A stretch of DNA of 64,000 nt from assembly GCA_002269645.1 (NCBI GenBank), contig NIVC01003902.1:6560-70559 (forward strand), read 5' to 3'. Every line of letters begins with the position of its first letter. Within the stretch, counting starts at the first letter, position 1. Made by a program: the position numbers and the translations under genes. Below, in pieces: positions 37,191 through 49,522 of this stretch. The stretch comes from Macrostomum lignano (taxonomy: Eukaryota). The notes beneath the pieces are model-generated. The model had not been told where the DNA came from and did not search any database. It saw only the letters and a list, made by a program, of their open reading frames with translations.

Positions 37191-40100
37191 CTACGCCATT
37201 TGCGGCTGCATTTTGTATTGCACTCCGCTATGCGGGATGTCCTCATCCTGCTGCCGCTTGTGGTAGAAGATCAGCAGCGCGCCCAGGAGCAGCAGGATCT
37301 GGGGGGGAGTGACAGCACAGAGAGCAACATGTACTTTTTAATCAACGCTCTTTTTCCCTGACGCATCTCACCCACACAATCAATTGACGAGAAATCAAAA
37401 ACCTCACTGAAGCACCTCAACTGCAGTGCCTCACTGAAGCACCTCAACTGCAGTACCTCACTGAAGCACCTCAACTGCAGTACCTCACTGAAGCACCTCA
37501 ACTGCAGTACCTCACTGAAACACCTCACTGCAGTACCTCACTGAAGCACCTCAACTGCAGTACCTCACTGAAGCACCTCAACTGCAGTACCTCACTGAAG
37601 CACCTCAACTGCAGTACCTCACTGAAACACCTCACTGCAGTACCTCACTGAAGCACCTCAACTGCAGTACCTCACTGAAGCACCTCAACTGCAGTACCTC
37701 ACTGAAGCACCTCACTGCAGTACCTCACTGAAGCACCTCAACTGCAGTACCTCACTGAAGCACCTCAACTGCAGTACCTCACTGAAGCACCTCAACTGCA
37801 GTACCTCACTGAAGCACCTCAACTGCAGTACCTCACTGAAGCACCTCAACTGCAGTACCTCACTGAAGCACCTCAACTGCAGTACCTCACTGAAGCACCT
37901 CAACTGCAGTACCTCACTGAAGCACCTCAACTGCAGTACCTCACTGAAGCACCTCAACTGCAGTACCTCACTGAAGCACCTCAACTGCAGTACCTCACTG
38001 AAGCACCTCAACTGCAGTACCTCACTGAAGCACCTCAACTGCAGTACCTCACTGAAGCACCTCAACTGCAGTACCTCACTGAAGCACCTCAACTGCAGTA
38101 CCTCACTGAAGCACCTCAACTGCAGTACCTCACTGAAGCACCTCAACTGCAGTACCTCACTGAAGCACCTCAACTGCAGTACCTCACTGAAGCACCTCAA
38201 CTGCAGTACCTCACTGAAGCACCTCAACTGCAGTACCTCACTGAAGCACCTCAACTGCAGTACCTCACTGAAGCACCTCAACTGCAGTACCTCACTGAAG
38301 CACCTCAACTGCAGTACCTCACTGAAGCACCTCAACTGCAGTACCTCACTGAAGCACCTCAACTGCAGTACCTCACTGAAGCACCTCAACTGCAGTACCT
38401 CACTGAAGCACCTCAACTGCAGTACCTCACTGAAGCACCTCAACTGCAGTACCTCACTGAAGCACCTCAACTGCAGTACCTCACTGAAGCACCTCAACTG
38501 CAGTACCTCACTGAAGCACCTCAACTGCAGTACCTCACTGAAGCACCTCAACTGCAGTACCTCACTGAAGCACCTCAACTGCAGTACCTCACTGAAGCAC
38601 CTCAACTGCAGTACCTCACTGAAGCACCTCAACTGCAGTACCTCACTGAAGCACCTCAACTGCAGTACCTCACTGAAGCACCTCAACTGCAGTACCTCAC
38701 TGAAGCACCTCACTGCAGTACCTCACTGAAGCACCTCAACTGCAGTACCTCACTGAAGCACCTCAAAGGCATCCAACGCACCCCAAAGATTCTCACAGAT
38801 AAACAGGTATTCAAAATGAGCGAAACTCACCTCTACTCCAAGCCACCCGGCAACGCCAAAGAACAAGCGATCGAAACCAGATTTCAGATAGTTGTCGAAT
38901 ACACGGGCAAACTTTTCGTAGCAGCCGTTTTGGCGGTTGCTGTACGGGTCGCTTAAGTTGGCGTAGGCGCACTTGAAGTCCTGCCTTTCCAAATAGTAGT
39001 TGCAGCAGGAAAACGGATAGCTGGCGTCTGAAATAGAAAATTAATCAAGCATTCCGCGTTACCAATGCGAAATCCGTTGCTTATAGTCTCTGAATTTTAA
39101 ATTTTCTAATACTGAATCCAGTCCGCAACTCACTGTAGTAGGAGAATTTAGTTTTGTTGTTGCTCCTGTACCCGATCGTTCTGTTCCAGTTGGTTGCCAT
39201 GGTGTAAAAGTCGTTGCCATTATTTACGCCGCAGCAGCCGCCGACGACCTGAACAACGTCAAGCTGCATCGAGCCGACGTCCCGATTCTGCGAGCCCTTG
39301 TAGTTTTTCACTTGCTCCTCAAGCCAGTTGCGGCTGCAGTCCTTCATCTGGGGTTGGGGAGCGCGCCATCCCGATAGTATGCACTCTAGTAGGTACGATC
39401 GCATATCAGGGGTCGGCAAACTCCCGCCCACGAAAACTCTCTATCCGGCCCTCGGGTTCTTTGAACTCCTCTCAGCTCTTTTCTCTTTTCTCACCTCTAC
39501 TCTCTTTTTCTCTCCTCTCTCCTTTCCCCTCCTCTCTCCTCTTCTCTCCCCTCCTCTCTCCTCTCTCCCCTTCTCTCCCCTCCTCTCTCCTCTCTCCCCT
39601 TCTCTCCCCTCCTCTCTCCTCTCTCCTCTTCTCTCCCCTCCTCTCTCCTCTCTCCCCTTCTCTCCCCTCCTCTCTCCTCTCTCTCCTTCTTTCCCCTCCT
39701 CTCTTCTCCCCTTCTCTCCCCTCCTCTCTCCTCTCCCCTTCTCTCCCCTCCTCTCTCCTCTCCCCTCCTCTCTCCTCTCTCCCCTTCTCTCCCCTCCTCT
39801 CTCCTTCTTTCCCCTCCTCTGTCCTTCTTTCCCCTCCTCTCTTCTCCCCTTCTCTCTCCTCTCTCCCCTTCTCTCCCCTCCTCTCTCCTTCTTTCCCCTC
39901 CTCTCTTCTCCCCTTCTCTCCCCTTCTCTCCCCTCCTCTCTCCTCTCCCCTCCTCTCTCCTCTCTCCCCTCCTCTCTCCTCTCCCCTCCTCTCTCCCCTC
40001 CCTCCTCTCTCCTCTCTCCCCTTCTCTCCCCTCCTCTATCCTTCTTTCCCCTCCTCTCCCCTTCTCTCCCCTCCTCTCTCCCCTCCCCTCCTCTCTCCTC

Positions 40101-40987
40101 TCCCCTCCTTTCTCCTCTTCCCTCCTCTCCCCTCCTCTCTCCTCTTCCCTCCACTCTCCTCTCCCCTTCTCTCCCCTCCTCTCTCCTACAAAAGTTTATA
40201 AAACGTTTGCCGACCCCTGATGCATATGCACGATAAGCTATACGTTCACGTCAATGCACATTTTTATCACAGGAAGAAGCACTTACCACATCGCTGTTTG
40301 TGAACCAGAAGATCACAAGGCCGGCCTGGCTCAGCAGAACAAGCGCGACCAACACAGAGTACTAAAATAGGCAGAAAGCGCTACTAAATTCACAGTGGAA
40401 ATTCAATGCGTGTTTTCTAATTTCATTTAGTTTTGCACGATACTACTGACATCTTCATCAGTAGATGCTAGTGAATTTTGCAATTAAATTATTTGTTAGA
40501 TTCGGTATGGACTTTTTGAATTCGGTGTAAAATTCTTACAATGATGAGGCAGGAAGGAACGCCCCAGCAAGCGCCGCAGCATCCCAGACAGCTCATGACG
40601 ATAATCAGGACCCCAAGAATTATAAACACGATAGCGCTAATCATGGTATTTGACGCCATAGCCTGATGCAGGCTCTCAACGTCAACGGAGGTTTCGATGT
40701 TGTCAGTAGTGGTTAACATCGAGCTAACGTGCTGGTCGAAAGCTGAACGCACCACCCAGTAGGCCCACAACGTCAAACAGCCCGTGGCCAGGAGTGCCAG
40801 GCCCAGAATCTGGAAAGAAGAGTGAGTACATTGAATCCAACTAGCAGGTAAACCGATTGCATAGTTCAAGGTTTGGAATAATTTTGAATGCTTTCTCATC
40901 AGCTCAGCTTACCGCTGTCAGCACGTTGACAAAAGAGATGAAGCAGCAGCAGCACCATCGGCAGCAGGTCAAGCAGCCGGACCCCAT
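37191..40987 (-). CDS. Tetraspanin paralogue B, 6 exons, 312 aa
   Basis: Exons 40987-40913, 40809-40540, 40361-40287, 39347-39134, 39027-38831, 37298-37191; phase-consistent, 939 nt, same intron phases as paralogue A. GCCGAC, and an EC2 with GCCGV, FSCC, C, GCY. Confidence 0.9.
37401..38766. repeat. 27-bp minisatellite (CCTCACTGAAGCACCTCAACTGCAGTA) x about 50 in tetraspanin B intron 5
   Basis: Near-perfect units; source of the RCFSEVLQL ORFs. Confidence 0.97.
39407..40219 (+). mobile_element. hAT (Charlie-type) MITE with an internal CT-rich tract of about 700 bp, in tetraspanin B intron 3
   Basis: Perfect 15-bp TIR CAGGGGTCGGCAAAC / GTTTGCCGACCCCTG. 8-bp flanks TCGCATAT and ATGCATAT match at 6/8. 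Confidence 0.8.
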
Positions 40988-42264
40988 GACTGTGTTGCAG
41001 TTGACTGTTTACAGGCTTAGCCAATACTGTGCAACAGGTGAGTAATACTGTCGAGTCGTTTCAGAGGAGCTTCGGTAAACAGCTTGGTTTGCTAAGCAGG
41101 AGTCGCGGCACTGCAGAGAGCTCCTTCTGCTAGACTGTAGCTGTCGGATAGGAGCTGAGCGGCCCTGAGGAGATCCAGGCTTGTAGCAAAGTTTCAGGGC
41201 TTAGGCAGGGGTTGGGGAGGGTCTGGGGGGGGGGTCGCTCTCCTTCTAGCCCCCCTGCCCGTCACATTTTCCTTCAACCCCTTTCCCTTTTCCTCCTGCC
41301 CTTCCCAAGCCGCTCTTCGCCGGTTAGAAGGAGTGAGGGGGGGGGAGAGGCGCGGGAGAGTCTGTTGGCCGAGGTTGCAGCCCAGTGTACAGCGGGCCCC
41401 CCTCGGAGTTTTTCTGTACATTTCTTCTGTTCAGTGTTCCAACGCTGCAGTTTTTTTTCAATCTTCGGTAGGCTCAAGTTAGTAGGTTTTTTGTTCGGCT
41501 CGAGAGATACTTGATCAAGGGCGAGTCTTAGGTGACAGAACAAGGCTAAAATGAGTGTTATACTGGCATACAGAAAGGAGTGAAATTGGTCCTTTAAAAA
41601 TCTTAAGCATTCAATGCCAAGTTCTCATTTTCTAGAACAATGCGGATGCATTGCAAAGGAAATGCTGGACTAAGTGATGCGGCTAGAGCTTAGGTCAACA
41701 GAGCCAGGTCTTGGAATCTGGGATCTGGCAGAGGGGGCTGCAGGGGGCACCTAGGTGCAGATCCTCCCCCTCCACACTCCCGATGCCTTCATTATCGATC
41801 GCGAAGGAGGAGCAGAGAAGAAGTAGGGAGAGAGGCGAGAGCAAGAGAGGGAGAGAGAGCCGAGAGAGCGGGCAGAGCGGCTCCAGAGTGAGGGGATTTA
41901 GCCGGCCACTGCACGCCAATGGGCCGCGGAAGCAGATCCTAAAATCCTAAAATCCTACTTCCCCTTCTTCTGTGCGCGCCTCCGCGGGGCGGGAGAAGCG
42001 GCAGCAGTGGCCGCAGTTATTGAAGTGCAGCAAAGCAATCAGGCGGGAGGCGATGGCTGCAGCCAAGGAGGATGGAGTTGGCTGTCGCCCCAGCCCCCTC
42101 CAGCTGTAAATCATTATCAGCCCCGCCAGTCTAGGAGGTAGGAATTAGACAGACGGAGAGGAGGGCCGTCATCGATTGCCCGCAGACACAGCACTGTCTG
42201 CCCGCCTGTCCGCCTGTCTCCTGCTGCAGCTCCATCCTTCACATCCTTGCTCCGCCATGCGCAA

Positions 42265-42295
<31 letters not shown>

Positions 42296-43296
42296 TAGGG
42301 AGAGGGAGAGAAACTGCGATGTAGATGGAGCCGCCCGCTTATCCGTTGCCCAGGGTCTCCCCTCTGCCGCTGTCTTCCCGAGCTCGCGCACTGTTTTCCT
42401 AAGGCCCCTCTCGTTCCTTCTCTACTCCGGGCCTCCGGCTCTATCTCGCACTCCATCTGAGAGTTCTCTGTTCCGAGCATCAGCCGAGCCCCGAGCTAAT
42501 TGACTTGAGCAAGGAGGCAGGCCAGCCGCCAGGGCTGCGGTTTAGGGCAAAATTGGAATTGGGGGATGGGGCTCTTTCCTCTTCTGCTCCCTCTCCTCTC
42601 AGTCTCTCCTCCCGCGCAACTCTTCTTATTCTCATTTCCAGGCCTCCCCCGCGGGCTTGGAGTTCTTCTCCTCTGCGAGTTTTCTTGCTGTCTCATTACG
42701 GCGCTCCCCGTCCTTCCTCTTTCCACTTAATTTAGCGCGGGCTTACAGCCAACGACGCTTCGGAGATATCGCTAGCCAGTGGTTTGAGGCGTACCGCTGC
42801 CTCAGCCCCGCGGGAGGCCATCAAGGGCAATAAGTACACGGCGCGGTTTTTAAGCTAAAAATTCCAAAGATCCCATCTCCTTGCAGTTGCCTGTCTTCCT
42901 TCCTGCCTCGGAATCGTTGCGAGTCTATTTTTGGCTGCATGGTCTGGCTGGGACGGCCAAGAAAGCTTTGGCTATAGCGGCCCGGTTGCTTCAGTCTCCC
43001 TCTCGTCCCTCCCTGCCGAATCCCTCTTAGCCAAGGGGCCACCGGGTGCGCTGAGAGCTGCTGCTGTTCTGAGAGGGGATTGGAAAACTATATAGTGGGA
43101 GCTGGGCAGGTTCCTCCCAGTTTTAATGTGTCAGCGAGGCCGAGCAAGTGGATTATTCATCTCCTCTCCCCTCTCTCGGGCATTGCCGAGCTCTCAGCCA
43201 TGCCTCACTGGATTGAAGGCTGCCCGAGGAAACCAAATTTGCATTAGCAAAATAACATTTTCAAGCAGTCAGAGAGGCCAACTGTGTAAAGTAGAA

Positions 43297-44030
43297 CTGG
43301 GATGGAGAGCTGAGAGACTGGGAGGATGGAGCCGCAGCACTGGGATGGAGAAGTGAGAGACTGGGAGGCTGGAGCCGCAGCACCGGGATGGAGAAGTGAG
43401 AGACTGGGAGGCTAGAGCCGCAGCACTGGGATGGAGAAGTGAGAGACTGGGAGGATGGAGCCGCAGCACCGGGATGGAGAAGTGAGAGACTGGGAGGATG
43501 GAGCCGCAGCACCGGGATGGAGAAGTGAGAGACTGGGAGGATGGAGCCGCAGCAGCACCGGGATGGAGAAGTGAGTGGCTGGGAGGATGGAGCCGCAGCA
43601 GCACCGGGATGGAGAAGTGAGTGGCTGGGAGGCTGGAGCCGCAGCACTGGGATGGAGAAGTGAGAGACTGGGAGGATGGAGCCGCAGCACTGGGATGGAG
43701 AAGTGAGAGACTGGGAGGCTGGAGCCGCAGCACTGGGATGGAGAAGTGAGAGGCTGGGAGGCTGGAGCCGCAAGGCTTGGATGGAGAAGTGAGAGACTGG
43801 GAGGATGGAGCCGCAGCACTGGGATGGAGAAGTGAGACATGGGAGGCTGGAGCCGCAGCACTGGGATGGAGAAGTGAGAGACTGGGAGGCTGGAGCCGCA
43901 GCACTGGGATGGAGAAGTGAGAGACTGGGAGGATGGAGCCGCAGCACTGGGATGGAGAAGTGAGAGGCTAGGAGGCTGGAGCTTCAAGACTTGGATGGAG
44001 AAGTGAGAGACTGGGAGGCTGGAGCCGCAG
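43297..44030. repeat. 43-bp minisatellite (GGGATGGAGAAGTGAGAGACTGGGAGGCTGGAGCCGCAGCACT) x about 17
   Basis: Directly visible tandem units. Confidence 0.93.
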
Positions 44031-44844
44031 GGCCAGATGGGAACTTCCAAACGATAAAAAGAAAGTAAGCGCTTGCTTTAGCGATATTAAGCTGCAAAAT
44101 AGATTGCGCGGGTTTAATACAAGCGTATGGATAAATAAAAGAATTATGATTTATTTTGAAACTCTAATTACAGATTAGCATTTTATGGCGATGAGTTCAG
44201 CCAGTGCTGAGTAGCAGCTGAGAACTTTGACAATTTAAAATAAAACAAAAGAACGACTAAGCAGATAAACAAAACTGGCGCGATTCGATTCTATTAAAAA
44301 AAGAAAAACACTACTGAAAACTCTCAGCCTTGAGAATAATTTGCCATAGGGGAAGCTGACACTACATAGGCAATCTTGCAGCACTGTACATCGCGGCTTG
44401 GTACCTATAGAGAATATGGCGCAGCAAATTTTAATGCGCAACTATAGAAGCGGTTCCGGGCAAAACAAAACAACAAAAGCAATACCGGGAGCAGCAAGGA
44501 AACACAGCGGTTCATAGGGGATTTGTGTAACTGCAGTAAAGCTAAATACACATGTGTTTATGCAGGAAGTACACCGCGACACCGCCTACAAAATTGGAGT
44601 TTCTAGGAAATACTTGAATTAGAATCGGTAGAATTATTTTATGGAACAATCAATTAGAAGCAGAGAAATAATTTACGCTGATGATCTTGATAATTGAATG
44701 AATTGAAGGTTCACAATAATGTACAAATTGCGGAGAGCATACAGTATGTATGTGCTCGTGTCTCATGTTGCTCATGTGACATGTCGGAATCATGTCCTTG
44801 ATGGAAGAATTAAGGTATTAGAAGCGTAGAATTATAAATTATGC

Positions 44845-45187
44845 AATCATGTACCCGGATGTCAGAATCATGTACCCGGAGGTCGGAATCATGTACCCAG
44901 TGGTCAGAATCATGTACCGGATGTCAGAATCCTGTACCCGGATGTCAGAATCCTGTACCCGGGATGTCGGAATCATGTACCCGGGATGTCAGAATCCTGT
45001 ACCCGGATGTCAGAATCATGTACCCAGTGGTCAGAATCATGTACCCGGATGTCAGAATCATGTACCCGGATGTCAGAATCATGTACCCAGTCGTCAGAAT
45101 CATGTAACGGATGTCAGAATCCTGTACCCGGGATGTCGGAATCATGTACCCGGGATGTCGAAATCATGTACGCGGATGTCAGAATCA
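44845..45187. repeat. 21-22-bp minisatellite (ATGTCAGAATCATGTACCCGG) x about 16 just 3' of the nuclear receptor
   Basis: Directly visible tandem units. Confidence 0.92.
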
Positions 45188-45223
45188 GGGAATCGCACGG
45201 CACAGCGAATGCCCCAGCAACAG

Positions 45224-48200
45224 TCAGAGCTCAGCAGCGGTCTCGTCCGGCGATTCGTCCTGCAGATCCAGGAACTCGGCCATCAGCGGCCGAACTAGTC
45301 GGGCATTAGCTCGGCCGGCCAGTCCAACAAATTGGCGCTCCAGGCGGCGCAGCTCGGCCAGCTGTCCGAGCAGCTGCGGATACAGGCGCCTGGCCTCGGC
45401 CGCGGGTGCCGGGTGCGCAGCAGCCGCTCCAGCAGGCGGCAGTAGCCGGCCTGCGCCGTCTCGACCAGACCGCGGCCCTCCTCGGACAGCGCGGGCCGGT
45501 CCGGGCTGAACAGGCAGGCCAGCAGCAGCAGGACGAGGGTCGGCCGGTCCGCCTGCATGCCGTGGCGCAGGCCGGCCGCCAGGCGCAGCAGAGCCTGGCC
45601 GCTGGCGCCGGCCGCTCGGAGGAAGTCGCCGCCGTCCATGGCCAGCGAGGCCGCCCGGTCGGCGTCAGCGTCGTCAAGGAAACGGGCGCCGTCGGGGTCG
45701 AAGCTGATGACGCCGCGCAGCAGGATGAGCTCCATGGCGCCGCCTTTGAGCAGGGCCACCTGCGGTGATGAAGAATAAGCGAGTTTTCTTTTCAAACAGA
45801 TGCCGAAGTGTAAATGCGACTCGAGCCCTGACCCACCTTGTCCTGCTGGCTCAGCTGTCTGAAGGGCTCCAGCCGTTTGCTCAGGTCGATGACCCGCAGC
45901 ACGGACAGCTCGGCGAAGTTGATGAGGTCGTCCACGCCGACTGGGGCCGCGACTCGCTCGCCTGGCGGCGCCTGAGGCGGCAGCACGCAGGCCTCGGAGC
46001 TGGCGTAACTGTCCATCGCGCTGCGGACCTCGGCGAGCTCAGCCTCGGTGAGCAGCTCTCGCTGGGCGAGCTCAGCAGCCGGCAGGTCTTTCGGCAGCAG
46101 CTGCATCGCCTCCAAACTGCGGACCAGCCTTGGCGAGCGGGGGAGGTTTGAGCATTGCCAGTGAGAGTGGCATCTGAGTGAGGTTCTGATCCTATCATCT
46201 CACAATCCCTATGGGATTCTGATCCCACAGTCTCCATGAGATTCTGATCCTATCATCTCAAGTCTCGATGAGATTCTGATCCTATCATCTCAAGTCTCGA
46301 TGAGATTCTAATCCTATCATCTCAAGTCTCAATGAGATTTTGATCCTATCATCTCACAGTCCCCATGAGATTCTGATCCTATCATCTCAAGTCTCCATGA
46401 GATTCTGATCCCATAGTCTCCAAGAGATTCTGATCCCATAGTCTCCATGAGATTCTGATCCCATAGTCTCCAAGAGATTCTGATCCCATAGTCTCCAAGA
46501 GATTCTGATCCCATAGTCTCCCTGAGATTCTGATCCTATCATCTCACAGTCCCCATGAGATTCTGATCCCATAGCCTCCCTGAGATTCTGATCCTATCAT
46601 CTCACAGTCCCCATGAGATTCTGATCCCATAGTCTCCATGAGATTCTGATCCTATCATCTCACAGTCTCTATGAGATTCTGATCCCATAGTCTCCATGAG
46701 ATTGTGATCCCATAGTCTCCAAGAGATTGTGATCCCATAGTCTCCATGAGATTCTGATCCAAGTCTCCACGAGATTCTGATCCTCATGGAGACTATATAA
46801 CGAGATTCCCAGCTTCTGCATTCCCACTGGTACATGCACGCCATGCTCCCATCCCGAACAACTGCATTTAGCTGACAATGCTTGAGTACAGCCCCGCTTG
46901 TACTGCAGCCATCAAAGCAATTTGATTCAACTCCAAATCGAATTCTCAGCAAGCGCGTGTCTGGCACAGGCCGGACAGCAATTATATGCAAGCCAGACAC
47001 ACAGTGGGGAGCCATGCGCGCGCATCTGTTCCAGCGGCCGCGTTCCCACACTTCCCACAGCTCCATGACGGGATATCCATGACGGCTGCCTTGCCCGCCT
47101 CCTCCTGCGGAGAGTCCGCATCAATTATTTATAGCAAGTCCTGTGCTCACATCGCGGCTCTAAAAACTCACACTGCCCCACCATCACCAAGCCTACATAT
47201 ACGGCCCCCCTGTTTCCCATCATCTTTGCTCAGCCTCCAATTGCCACTAAAAAAACCGGCACTATTTTTAAAGGCGTTGTTACCAACGGACCGTTTCGGT
47301 AGATGCGTTAAACATAATATAAAAATCTAGAATTTCTACTTGCAGCAGATGAACCGCATTTTAGTTACCAAACGTGAGTTAAGGGGCTCGCTTACTTGTT
47401 CTGATCGATCTTCTTCCGTTTCTCCTGCTTCTCCTGCTCGGACAGGATGTACTCCTTTTTCATGCCGACATCGAAGCACTTGCGCAGTCGGCAGTGCTTG
47501 CAGAAACGCCTGTTGGACACGTCCATGACGCAATGGCCCTCGTAGGGGCATTTAAATGCTGACTGTCGGAGGGTTGTTCGGTGGAAATGCATAGCTTAGA
47601 GACCGGGGGTGTTATATTGAGATTGGATCCCACTGCCAGAGAAAGGATCCCACTGCCAGAGATAGGATCCCACTGCCAGAGATAGAGGATCCCACTGCCA
47701 GAGAAAGGATCCCACTGCCAGAGAAAGGATCCCACTGCCAGAGATAGAGGATCCCACTGCCAGAGATAGGATCCCACTGCCAGAGATAGGATCCCACTGC
47801 CAGAGATAGGATCCCACTGCCAGAGATAGGATCCCACTGCCAGAGAAAGGATCCCACTGCCAGAGATAGGATCCCACTGCCAGAGAAAGGATCCCACTGC
47901 CAGAGAAAGGATCCCACTGCCAGAGATAGGATCCCACTGCCAGAGATAGGATCCCACTGCCAGAGAAAGGATCCCACTGCCAGAGATAGGATCCCACTGC
48001 CAGAGATAGGATCCCACTGCCAGAGATAGGATCCCACTGCCAGAGAAAGGATCCCACTGCCAGAGATAGGATCCCACTGCCAGAGATAGGATCCCACTGC
48101 CAGAGAAAGGATCCCACTGCCAGAGATAGGATCCCACTGCCAGAGAAAGAATCCCAGACAGCACACTCACCACACCCCTGCCAGCGTTGCGCCGGAAGAA

Positions 48201-48798
48201 AGCCTTGCAGCTCTCGCAGCTGACGGCGTCAAAGTTAAATCCCAGCGCTTTGTCGCCGCAGACGCCGCAGATTTTGTCTTCGCGCGGTCGCGGCGCCCGC
48301 CTCTGCGGTCCGATGCCGCCGCCACCGGGCGGCACCGCGGCGGATGAGGATGAGGAGCTGACCTCGGCTGGCGACAGCGGCTCGGGCTTGGCCGGCTCCG
48401 ACGGCGGAGTGACGCACTCGAACAGGAAGTCTCCGTCGATGCTCGGGACCGGAGGCTGCTTCTGCAAGAGAATTGGCGGCTGTTGCTGCTGCTGCTGCAG
48501 CTCGGAGAAGGCCGAGTACATGCCGGTTGAGTCCGAGCCAGGGGACAGGTCCTCCGAGCGGCCAAGGATGAAGCCGCTGCCGTAGGCGGCTGACTCCTCC
48601 TGCTCGAATGGGGCAAGCAGCTCGAACTTTAAGTCGTCCAGCGGGCCGCCGTGCATTGTGGAGGACATCAGGCTGCGCTGCTGAGAGTGCGGCTGCTGCT
48701 GCTGCTGCTGCGGCTGCTGATACTGCATAGGCGGATGCTGCTGCTGCTGCTGCTGCTGCTGCATTGGAGGTGGCTGATAAAACTGCCACGAGAATGGT

Positions 48799-48839
<41 letters not shown>

Positions 48840-48857
48840 TTGTTGTTGTTGCTGCAC
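45224..48857 (-). CDS. Hr96: HR96/NR1J-type nuclear receptor; polyQ A/B domain; 1-nt frameshift before helices 10-12
   Basis: Exons 48857-48171, 47562-47396, about 46116-45837 and 45759-45224. The first ATG and any hinge exon are uncertain. [30 protein letters not shown] (ESCKA P-box) and [37 protein letters not shown]|VALLKGG...LFSPDRP. AF-2-like RPLMAEFLD appears only after a shift at about 45403. Confidence 0.85.
46180..46790. repeat. Mixed 25/32-bp minisatellite (GAGATTCTGATCCCATAGTCTCCAT) in a nuclear receptor intron
   Basis: Two interspersed related unit lengths are visible. Confidence 0.9.
47622..48152. repeat. 20-bp minisatellite (GATCCCACTGCCAGAGATAG) x about 26 filling the intron between the two zinc-finger exons
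   Basis: Directly visible tandem units. Confidence 0.95.
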
Positions 48858-49522
48858 CTGACTGCAAAGGTGTTTTGAAATGTTTTTTTGTTTTTTTGTT
48901 GCATATCTTCTAGATACTATGCATAGTCATTTGCTACTACTTGAAACCGGTTAGCAGTAGTCAAATAAGAAAATATAGAATCGAAGGTTTCGGTGCGTAT
49001 TTAAAGGTGAAAGGCTGCTGTAGAGTGCGTGGTCGATGGCCGAAGACATTTCCTTCGAGCTTCGGAATTATTTGTGCGCCGCTTACAATCACTTTGATGA
49101 TTAAATTGTAAACCCAAGTTCCGGAGCCCAGGCTATAACTTACGTTAGTAATACCCACTAATGAGTAATGAGTATATGAACTTGTATTTACTTGTACTTT
49201 CCCGTTTTCCAGCTGTATGATTGTATCACAATAGTGTGACAATGGTGTAATGTTTATGATATTTATGGAGGCTACAAGTTCAAAACCAGCAAATTGAACG
49301 AAGCAAATTTAAGAATTCAAATAATTTGGCCGTAAACTCGGCGAGATTCTCAAATCAGTATGAATAAAATGAGTGCGTCCTTCTGAGCAAGTGCTCAAAA
49401 TGAGTTTCCCAAGAATTAGTGTTCTCCTGTGAGCGAATGCTCGGTGACTGAATAGAGACTCGCTTCAGTATTCCAGATGGCCGAATTCATTCCAGACAGA
49501 GTGCCTGCGGAGCGAAAACTAT

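Noticed and set aside
37401-38766. Regular 27-bp array resembling a CRISPR, with a 333-aa RCFSEVLQL ORF
   Set aside because: Units are head-to-tail with no unique spacers, there are no cas genes, and it lies in a eukaryotic intron. The same applies to the other minisatellites.
39194-40236. Ser/Leu/Pro-rich and Glu/Arg/Gly-rich long ORFs (also 53312-54463, 43261-44050, 58315-59745)
   Set aside because: Artefacts of CT/GA tracts and minisatellites.
46927-47104. Possible hinge exon of the nuclear receptor (RRRARQPSW...)
   Set aside because: The acceptor is phase-compatible, but no clear donor was found and the flanking exons already join in phase without it.
48961-49242. 93-aa minus-strand ORF with a protein-like look (CDTIIQLENGKVQV...)
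   Set aside because: No family recognised and no splice link to the receptor or to the candidate orphan exons.
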